Shown piece after piece: positions 38,255 to 49,900 of a stretch of DNA of 64,000 bases. Position 1 is the stretch's first letter, and every line of letters starts with the position of its first letter. The translations under genes were made by a program, and so were the position numbers. The DNA comes from Octopus sinensis (taxonomy: Eukaryota). The DNA is taken from assembly GCF_006345805.1 (NCBI RefSeq), contig NC_042998.1:99882001-99946000 (forward strand), written 5' to 3'. The notes under the pieces are model-generated. The model was not told the origin of the DNA. It did no database searches and saw only the letters and a program-made list of their open reading frames with translations.

Positions 38255-40951
38255 TGCATGCACACACAATGCTGTTTGCAAAATTCCAATAGTTGAGCTT
38301 TTTTCATATTCATATTTTCATTAATGCTTCCTTTGTTTGAAATCAGCCCAGTTCTTTGTATGAATAATTGAAATAATACACAGGAAAGATATACATACAT
38401 GTGTGCAGTTCCTTTGAAAAGGACATGCAGAGAGTACACTGTACTTAAAGCAAGGGATTTCTTGAAATATCAGAAAATGTTGCATATTATTGAAGATAAA
38501 GGGAAGGAGCCCCACTACCCAAATAAACTTTAAATCTTCTGATAAAATTCCTTTCAGATGTCCCCTTGTATGTGTTTGAATTACTGATAATACGGCTATG
38601 CTTTAGTTTTAAATATTTATTAACAGCTTTACACATTTGATTTTAGTCCTTAATGTCTTATTTGTATCAATAAAATATTTAAGTTAAGATATACTTCAAG
38701 ATCTTCCCAGTTTTCTCTGATTGATGAAATAACTAGAGAAGATTTTGTTGTTATATCTATTTTAAAAAAAACTTTGATAAAGATGAAAACACTACTATGT
38801 TTATTTCTCATTTGTATTCACTGGATTTTAGATTTTCAAACAGTTGACATCAGGCTTCCTTCAGGAACCAAGAAGCAGCTTGGCTAAATTGTCAAGTGTT
38901 AGTTTGTTACTAGGTGAACTTAAGTTAGTTACTACATGCCTGGTGTTTTAAAAAACTCATAAGAAATAAATGTAATGAAGGAAAAATAATATTAGTTAGT
39001 GGCTTATAGCATTTTCGTTTTTCTAGTATATATGGGTGTGACAACTCCAGACATGTTTCACCATATTCTAACCTCATCAGCAAAGCACACAGTTCCCCAT
39101 ACTTATCAAAGTAATGCATGAATCAATAACTAAGTATACAAGATTTGATTGCAAAGAAAAAATGCAGAATTGCTTAGAAATTAAATAATTCAGAGATCCC
39201 ATCTTCATAAGAGGATAATTACATTTAATAGAAGATGCTTTCTTTTCATTTATCTTTGATGAATTTAAATCGAAATTGAACCAATCCTATGACTGGCACC
39301 CGGCAGTTGCCAGGACCCCTGGACTGGTGGTACGTAAAAAGCGCTATCCGAATCGTGGCCGATGCCAGCGCCGCCTCGACTGGCTTCCGTGCCGGTGGCA
39401 TGTAAAATGCACCATCCTAATTGTGGCTGATGCCAGTGCCGCCTCAACTGGCTTCCGTGCCGGTGGCACGTAAAATGCACCAATCCAACCGTGGCCGTTG
39501 CCAGCCTCGCCTGGCACCTGTGCAGGTGGCACGTAAAAAGCACCCACTACACTCACGGATTGGTTGGCATTAGGAAGGGCATCCAGCTGTAGAAACACTG
39601 CCAGATTAGACTGGAGCCTGGTGCAGCCTTCTGGCTTCCCAGATCCCCGGTCGAACCGTCCAACCCATGCTAGCATGGAGAACGGACGTTAAACGATGAT
39701 GATGATGATGATGATGATGAACCTTGACGAGAAGGAGTTGGTATGCCAGCTGGTGTCAAACGTTCATTGAATGTTTCAGTTCAGAACCACAAAATTTTCC
39801 AGCTGGCAAGTTGATAGTGACATCAATCACTGTCCATCTCCCTGACTCTAAGCTTAGATTCTCTCTTGTTCTATAATCAACAAAAAAGGTTCGGTCATTT
39901 TCTGTTTTATCTTGTGGTTTGGTATTGGTGTAGATTCCTCAGCTGATCATCTAGACTGTCAGGGTGTTCTTTCAGATTGCTGATTTTGTTGACTATTTGC
40001 TTATATTTGGGGTGACATAGTGTGTCGTGATGACTTGTTCTTGTTTCACCTCAGGGAGTCTGTAACTGAGCAGATCTACATTCAAAGACATTCTATCTAT
40101 GACCATCCTGTATTTTATTCAGATATTTTACCTTTGTCTCTACCATCCAATATGCTCTTCATTTTTAAGATGGTGCAGAGTGGTTCAAAATACATTTAAC
40201 TGCTATTTCCAGAAAATAAAACAATCCTGTAGATGTTGCTACTTAAATCCAGGTCATTAGTAGCCATCTGGACTGATACAAGTTGTAGATTGAGGGTCAA
40301 TTGGTAGTAAAGTGTGGTGCATGCATGTATATTCTCACATCTTTTTTATTTTTTTATTTATGCACCCTTTTCAAGCCTAGCCAGGCTCATGGGCCCAGTT
40401 TCCCAGTTTCTGTGGTATATGTGTCCCCCCCCCCCAGCTGGATGGGATGCCAGTCCATTGCAGCATTACTCAAGAAACATGAAGAGAGAGTGAGAGAAAG
40501 TTGGGGCAAAAGAGTACAACAGGGGTCACCACCACCCCCTGCCGGAGCCTCATAGAGCTTTTGGTGTTTTCACTCAATAAACACACACAACGCCCAGTCT
40601 GGGAATCGAAACTGCGATCCTCCAACCATAGCCCGCTGTCCTAACCACTGGGCCATTGCGCCTCCACTATATTCTCACATCTAGTATCATAAAATCTACA
40701 CCTTTCATGTCTTACCCTCTTGATACCAAGCTGTCAATACAAACTTCATTTTAAAGTGACCTAAATTTTATGTTGATCTATGTTCCAAAAACCATTTTGT
40801 TAATGACAGTTATTTTACAAAATTCTTCATTATGTTCAAAATTTATTGAAACAAAAGCTAGGTATTTTGACAGAAGGTTAAAATTGAATTTATGATATTA
40901 CATGGATTTGTAATCAACTTTCTCTTGTTCTCACTTTCTCTTTTGCTCTCT

Positions 40952-40985
<34 letters not shown>

Positions 40986-43900
40986 CTTTGCTAAATTGTA
41001 TCTCATTATTGAGCTGGCAGAATTATCAACATGTTGGACAAAATGATTAAGGACATTTCTTCCAACTCTTTAAATTCCAAATTCAAATTTTTAAGGTGGA
41101 CTTTGCCTTTCATCTCTTCAGGGTCAATAAAGTAAGTACCAGTCAACTTCTGGGGGGTCAATATAATTGGCTAAATTTGCTGGTCTTGTGCCAAAATTTA
41201 AAACCCTTATTTTGAAGGTCACGTTAACCACCAGGCCTGGTCAAGTGGTTATGGTGTTGGGCTCACAACTGTCATATCATAGGCTCAATTTCTGGACCAA
41301 ATGTCATGTTACATCATTAAGCAAGGTACTGAACCAGTATTGGTGTATTTATATTCCCATAACTTAGCGGTTTGGCAAAAGAGACCAATAGAATAAGTGC
41401 CAAGCTTTAAAAAAATAAGAACTAGGGGCAATTCATTTGCCAGCATGGCCACAGTATAATGACTGAAACAAATGCAAGGTATATCCAACATGAGGAGATA
41501 ATACATTGCTTGGAAACAGGTGAGAATTGGCAACAGCAAAGGCATCTGGCCATAGGAAAATCTTCCTCAACAACTTCTGTCTCCTCCAAGCAAGCAAGGA
41601 AAAGTTGATGTTAAAACAATGATGAAGATGATAATGATGATCACCATCATCAATATTTAATGTTAATCTTCTATGCTGGCATGGGATGGATGGTCCTGAC
41701 AGGAACTAGCAAGGCCAGAGGTTGCAGCAGGTTCCATAGACTGTTTTGGCATAGTTTCTATGACTAGATGCCCTTCTTGACACCAGCCACTTTGCAGAGT
41801 GTACCAGGTGTTTTTTACATGGCACCAGCACCCATACCAATGCTTTTTACATGATATCTTGGTTTTAGGATCTAAATTCTATTGTGGTGGGCAGGTCTTT
41901 TCAAGTACAGCAATTTGCCACATATCTTGGTCCTCTGTCATTTCCTTTATATGATGATATGTATGTGTTTGTGTGTTTGTGTATGAAGAGAGAGAAAATG
42001 GAAAGCGTTTTCATATTTCAGTTTTCTTTAAATTAGTAAAAATATGTTAGCTAACATATTATTCTGTTGGAAAAAAAATAAAATCAATGATGTTTGTAAA
42101 CAATAAATGTTTTGTTATCAATTTTTCTAGATCCAGTGTTCACCTGTTGGATCCGGTTCAGGTGAAAACCTGCCTCCTAACTCAGTGATCAGAGATCTAT
42201 TGAGCATGGTGTTACAAGAATCAAGTGTCACAATTGACGTTGCCTATGCTTTAGATGAGCAAGGATTAGATATTGGACTGATGGTGAGTACATATTTCAT
42301 AGATTGATGGTTTGAAAAAGAAGTACAATGCTGGTTGTCAGCTGATTCGTGATGATGGTGGTGTTAGTGATATAATGGTGGTGGACGTGGCTGGAAGTCA
42401 TGGTGAAGGTGTTGGAGATGATAATGATGATGGTGTGAGTGATGTTTGGTTTAATGGTAATGATGGTGTGGTTGTTGTTGCTGTTGTTTAGGCTCAGGTT
42501 AGCATTGATTGAGCCAACCTATAGAGAGATGCTTTAGCTGTCTTTTCAGGGTTATATAGAATTATATTATTTTATGCATCTTTTCATTATTTAAGGCAAT
42601 AGACTGAGATTAGGGGAAGATTTTATAACATCTTTAACAGGTCACATAGTCTGTTGAGGTTCCTGATGATGGTGGCAGTCATGAAGATTATGGCAACAAT
42701 GGTGCTGTTGATAGTGGTAGTGCTTATGATAATGGTGGTCTTGGTGATAATGATGAAGAAAAATACAAAAATAGAGCCTAATAGTGGTAGTAGTGACATC
42801 AGCAGCAGAGATGTATGTGAAGGTTGTAGTGGAGGTGGGGTGGGGGTCGATTGTAATGACAAGCATTTTTAGTTTCTAAAATTTTTCATTATTTACATTG
42901 TGGTTTTAGAAATTTTTTCCATCAATAATATTGTACAAATTTATTGTTCACTAAACATAGAGAATCTACTTATAATGTATAACATAATATGACACACTAC
43001 TAGTTTATATTTGGCAGTGGTAGATTTAATCTGCAGTTTGTTTTGACATTCCAACCTAACTCTTGCAACTATTTAGTCCAAGTCTTCACTCTGAAGTTTC
43101 TTCCACTTTTCATCCAATCTGGGAGGTTCTTACAAAATATAGCATTTATTGACCAACTCCTCTGATTATGCTTTTAAAGAAAGCATGATATAAAGTTATT
43201 AGTGTGTAGACTATAAAACTACATTTGATGTCTGATATATAAAGTGACTACTACAATCTGGTAATGATGGAGCTACTTCTAATGTCTGGTACACACAAAT
43301 ACTATTACAGTCAGGTATAGAGGAAAAACTACTATTATTGACCGGCATTCAAAGAGCCACCATTTTAGCCTAACATATAGAGAACTACTATTTTAGTCTG
43401 GTGCATTCATTATAGACTGCATTCATCTCTATTCCCATCTCTGTCCATCTGTCACTCCCCTTCATACCTTCATGAAACTATTCACCCAACCATCCTCAAT
43501 TTTGCCCCTATACTCTCCTTATTTGCCTTCTTGTACTTTGTGAGTATGCCTTGACACCTCATCTCCATCATTCTTTCTTCTTTTCTGCTGGGGTAGACAT
43601 GTGTCACTTCTATAACAGGACACCTGTTCCTCTCCCTTTGCTGTACTTTAAATTTCAAATGTCTTGCACAAAGGTACTTCTCTCAATGCTTCACCCCAAT
43701 TCTGTCAAAGGGTCTTATGTTGCAAGTTACTTGGTGACGTCACAAGTGCTCGTGTCACATAGAAAGCACCCAGTACCCCCTATAAAGTGTACTGGGTGTT
43801 AGGAAGGGCATCAAGCTGTTGAACCAAGCCAAAGAAGATACAGGAGCTCAGTACAGTCCTCTGGTTTGTTGGATCCTGTTAATCCATCCAACTCATACCT

Positions 43901-46900
43901 GCATGGAATAGACAGAATAGACATTAAATGTTGATGATTATATAGAGAACTACTAATTATAGTCTGGTATGGAGACAGCTACTATTATAGTTTAATATAT
44001 AAAGTGCTACTATTAAAGACTGTATCTACAACCAGCAAATGCTGCAAAGTATTCTATGCGTGGATCTAATGACTCTGTTAATCCACCTATGATACACATA
44101 TATTAAAAAGCAGTTAGTCAGTAATTCATGAAATTACAAGAATTTGCAATACTATATCATAATTGATGCAAGTATAAAACAGTTGTTGTTTTTGAGTTGT
44201 GCCAGATCATCCCTGACAAAGCAGATCTGTGATCAAAGGATTTTCAGCCACAACCATTCTGTCTTTTCTTTTTCAGGAATAATACTAATAATCCGATATT
44301 ATTTTCCTTTTAGGGTGGAAGTGAGTCATTTGAGTAAGATGTAACTGCTATTTCTAGCAGATTGAATGAACATGTTTAGATTCCCACATTGGCTTGACTG
44401 TACTATAGTATACTTAAGTATACACCAGTACACAAATTATGTATAGTATTATTGCTATTTTATATGTATAGTAATATAATTGTTATTTTTTCAGGAAGGT
44501 CAGTGTAATGTATTTGACCAGTTCTGTTTGTCAAACCAACAACTTCTTTATCTTCTGGAAAGTCGAGCAGAGAGTTTAAACCTTGGTGAATTCATACGTG
44601 TAAGGAACATATTTTGATTAAAACTGTTTTCTTTAATCTTTATAATTTTCCTTTATCATTTACAGTTGGTTTTTACTGGGTTTTTTTCTCTCAGTAATCA
44701 ATTCATTATTTTTCTATTATTCAATAAAAATATAAGAAATAGAAAATTTCTTGAAGTTTGCTAGGGCTGAGATATTATACAGAATTTGGTGGATGTTGAA
44801 AAAAATCTAGTTCAAGCAGAATCTTATACCAAAAAATCTTATTCATATTTGCTGGTAGACAGCAGCGATGGTAGATGGAACTAAATATTTGGCCCTATTT
44901 GTAACTCTCTTGGGCCATTAAAATCAGTTCCAATATGACAATGACACTTGATGTCAAGACAAGAATATGCACACACACTTTGACTTCAAAACATGCTTAG
45001 GTTAACATTACCTTTCATCCATCAGAATCTGATAAAACAAACACCAGCTTATGAAATAGGTACTGGGGTTAGTATGAATGGCTTTACTATGGAAGGTGGT
45101 ACTTACTCCAATATGGCCACATTACAGTAACTGGAACTAAAAGAGTCAAACAGTAAAAGAGTATGTTACCTCTATCCTGTCTTAATGGTACACAGTGTGT
45201 TGGAATTTATTTCAGTTTTCATATCAAACCGAGAAAGGAAATCTTTCTTAGCATATAATTTCTTACAGACTTTGTTTAGGACAAGACTTCAACTCTGCAT
45301 GACCAACTAACAAAATGTTCATGAACCAACAAGGAAACTCAATGTGGTCACTTGCTCTGTTAGAAATACCAGCCTAAATCACACCCAAATCATACCCTAT
45401 ACTATGTCTCAATAAAAGATGGTATAGTCATGGTTGAACTGCATTTGATTAAAGGCCTGCACAATGAGGGCCTGTCATCATCATCGTTTGACTTCAACCA
45501 TCACATCTCTGGGTGTGATACATATATCTAATATTCTGTTTCATTATCAGTGTCTAGAATTCATTACAGTCATGGCACCATTGTCCTCCGAACTGACATG
45601 CATGATAGTAAAACCATAGCTAAAACCAAGAAAGCCAGTACAAGGTTATTTGATCAACCTAATTAAACACAAATCCTACACTGCCCCTTTAAACCAGGAT
45701 CAAATGTTTGAAAATAAATAGGAATGGCTATCACTTCAATGTCTTTGATTATAGATCTGCTCATTCTGAGCTTTATCTAGGGCTTAGTGACAACAGTGAT
45801 GCAATTTATATTGCATGACATTCATCCCTCCAAGTCAGTATTAGTAATGTGAATGAAATGATGAAGCTTCAGAGATTTATTAGAAAAGAAAAGAGTATAA
45901 GATTGTGGGATGTTTGCCTTTGCTGTTGGCATTAATAATGTGAAGTTAAATGACTCCAACTAAATATTAAAATCTGGTGGTGTATTCATAGGGCTCATCT
46001 GTATTGATTTCTTTTTGTAATGTATTGCTTCCCAGCTATATGTTCAGCCCCATGGCACCATGGGCAAGTGCCTTTTATTATAGCCCTGGGTTGACAAAAG
46101 CCTTGCGAATTTGGTAGACAGAAACTGAAAGAAGTCTGTTGTGTATGTGTGTGCGTATTCTTGTCTTGACATCAAGTGTCACTGTTATATTGGAACTGAT
46201 TTTAATGGCCCAAGAGAGTTAAAAAGAAATTCAAACTCTGAACCTAAAAGGTAGCAGGAGATATTAAACTCCATCAATCTATCATATCTGCCACCTTGAC
46301 TCACTCTTTATTTTCTATAATCATCATCATCATTGTTTTTACATCTACTTTTCCATACTAACATGGGTCAGATGGAATTTTGTTGTGGCAGATTTTCTGT
46401 GGCCTGATGCCATTCCTGTCACTAACCTTCATCTGTTTCTAAGTAAAGTAATATTTCCCCATAACCAGAAATGTTTTCATAGAAGATTGGGATCAAAGGA
46501 TACTGACTGCATGATGGTGACATTTGTTTACAGCTATTACATGATGTCATGGCAAGAAGACAGTCACAAACACACATGTATCTATATACATATATACAAC
46601 AGGATTCTTTCAATTTCTGTCTACCAAATCTACTCAGAAGGCTTTGATTGACCTCGGGTTATGTTAGAAGCATATGCCTAAGGTGCCATGCAGTGGGTTT
46701 TAGCTCAGAATCATGTGGGTGGGAAGCAAACTTATAACATCACAGTAGTGCTTGTGCTTCATAAATGTTTATATTTAACCATGTAAAAAGGGTAAAAGTC
46801 TATTAATACTTAAAGCATTAAAAAAGCTAAAATAGTTTCAAATATGTAGCAACAAAATAAGAAAATATTAAATGGAGACTTAAAAATCAATGTGAAACCA

Positions 46901-49900
46901 TTCTTAATTTTTCTTCCCAATTTTTTTATACAAATATTCACTATCAATTATATTGAAGTTTTGCAAATAATATGTAGTCAATATCTAGCTTCAGTGGCTG
47001 TTTTCTGTTATGAGGCTTTTTAGTCACAATCAATTCTATAGTAAACTTATTCAAAGATGAAAATATGCAGCCCACATGCCAATATTTCTTTGAAGTGCAT
47101 CTGGAAGCATGGGAGATAACTCAAGATATTTAATTTATATTTCAAATTATCAATAGCAATACATTGATTCGATCTGACCTTGTGCCAAAATTTGAAACCG
47201 ATACATGGATTCAGAAGATATAAAGTAATGCTTATATATTGGTATATAGAACGAGGAATATTTAAAAATTAAGTTATTTCTCAAGTATCATTCACATGAT
47301 AAATCGTAGTGAAGTGTGTCAAACACCAGATTTATTAACAAATTGGTTTCAAATTTTTGGCACAAGGCCAGCAATTTTAGAGGAGAGGTTAAGTCAATTA
47401 CATCAACTCCTATGCTTGACTGGTACTTATTTTACTGACTCTGAAAGGATGAAAGGCAGAGTTTACCTTGGTGGAATTTGAACTCACAACATAAGGATGG
47501 ATGGAATGTCGCTAAGCATTTTGCCTGACATGCTAACAGTTCTGCCAGCTTTCTACCTTTAAACCAGCCATTTCATCACAGAGCACAGTTTCAATCTACA
47601 GATCTACGGATTCGGCATGTTTCTACTGCACCACTCAGCTCAGCAGGTTCATAAGCAAATTAGTTAATAATAATGATTTCATGTCATGCTGGCACAGAGT
47701 TAGTAATATGTAGGAGAGAGAAATAGAACAGGCCTGGTACTTATATCTTTGACCATGGAGCAACGATAAGTCAAAATTTAATATGATCTGAACTCACATG
47801 TAGGACAAAACTAAATACAGTAGAACATTTAGTGTGTTCCTTTAACATTTTTGCTATTCCAGCCATAGTTTGATTTTTAAAAAAGAATATTGTCTTCAGT
47901 TAGATAAGCCTTTTATTAAAGTAAAGGCTATTTGCCAACATAATGTAGCTGTTCTGAAAGGGACGATGTTACTGTTATTTTAGCCCCAAGAAACATCGTT
48001 TCTAGCTGGCTATATGACACACTATCAATGTACCGATAGTGTGTCATATAGCAAGCTAGAAACGATGTTTCTTGGGGCTAAAATAACAGAAACATCTTTC
48101 CTTTCGGGACAGCCACATTATGTTGGCGAACAGCTTTTACTTTAAAGAACTGTTACTGAATGCCTCTCTTTGAGAGATTTAGAAATAAAACCTTTTATTA
48201 CCTACACATTTGAGACTATTTGTACGACGCTTGTACATTACCCTATGTACTATACATACACTTTAGATGAGTTGTAGTGCACCTGAGCACTGTACACAAT
48301 GTTTTATTATTATTATTATTATTATTTAAAAGCTCATATTTGCATTAAATTCTCAGCCTAAAATTTACATCAAAATCTGTATGATAACCTGTCTTTCCCG
48401 CTCCCTAAAGAATAAAAAAATAAATCTCAAGTATTTTTTACTTGTTTCGGTCATTGGATTCTGGCCATGCTGGGGCACTTCCTTGAAAGGTTTTATTCTA
48501 ACAAATTGACTCCAGTACTTATTTTTAAAGTCTGCTACTTACTCTATCAGTCTCTTTTGCCAAACTGCTAAGGTACAAGAACATAAACAAACCAACAGTG
48601 GTTGTCAAGCAGTGGGGGGGGGGACAAGCACAGACTCAAAGACACACACACACAGAGGCTTCCACACAGTTTCCATCTACCAAATTCACTCACAATTGGT
48701 TGGCCCAGGACTATAGTAGAAGACACTTGACCAAGGTGCTGCACAATGGGACTGAATCAGATACCATATGCTTGCAAAGCAAGCTTATTAACCATAGAAA
48801 CATTGAAACCCAGTCAATCTGATCCTTGAAAACATTATCACAAAACAGCTGAAATTACTTTTCATTTTCACTCTTGTGTTTTGGCAGCTATATCCTTCTG
48901 AAGATATCAGTGTCTACAACAACTTGGTACAACAATTACAGCAATATCTACTGGAAAATAGCATTCCTACGAAAGACAAGGGTACAGAACGAATACAGTT
49001 ACAAATTGGCAGAAAAGACATCACACTTCATACTGCTTTGATCCACTCATTATTAATTGGCTTAGAGACGTTTTATGCAAGTAATACAAACAGAAATCCA
49101 AGAATCCCTGACAATCATGACGTGATGGAGTTTGACATGGACCCAAACATATCAAAGTAAGAACTTGTTGAGAATATTTGCATTTGGATATGTTTTATTT
49201 TACTCAGTTGATAAATGTTTCTCATTTGATACATATATAATTCAGTGTATACCATAAATGCATATTTGTGGTCTTACATTCATAATTATATGCTTGCATA
49301 AATACTGCATGTAGTGATATGAATAATAAAAAGATTACACACACTCACACATGTGCATGCACATGCACACACACACATGCATGCACACACACACACTCGC
49401 ATGAGTGCACACACAAACACACATGCACACACATTCATAAACCATAAACACACACACATGTATACATAGATCACACATACATGAATACAAAAATACATTT
49501 TTACAAACACACATGCTTTCATATATTGTGTATGTGTGTGTGTGAGTATGTGTGTGTGTGCGTGTGTGTATATGCATTCACATTGATATTAAACATACTT
49601 GTATTATGTGTGTGTATTATATATATATATAAATGCATACATGCACAATTGTATGAGTACAAAAGCACAATCATTCCACTGATGGATATATATACAAGTA
49701 TTTGATTACAAAACACCCCCACATGCACAGACACAACAAACCCAACTGTATATATTTATTATTTTTTTTATGACCTACAAAGTTGCATGTGTCTGTGTGT
49801 GTACACGTTACAAAAGGTAAGTGTGGACTGGAAGAATGAGAAGGTTATCTGACTAAATACCTTGTAGAATTTAATTCCGTCTGTTTTATGATGAATGTTT

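Noticed and set aside
39326-39545. Repeat-spacer look of the ggtggcacgtaaaa array (CRISPR-like)
   Set aside because: The spacers are homologous to each other, there are no cas genes, and it sits in a eukaryotic retroposon 3' UTR.
40600-40667. tRNA-like sequence with A and B boxes (also at 8738, 34448, 52012)
   Set aside because: No complete cloverleaf; these are SINE heads followed by family body sequence and TSDs.
42300-42872. His/Thr/Met/Val-rich ORFs
   Set aside because: Degenerate (GAT/GGT)n trinucleotide repeats.
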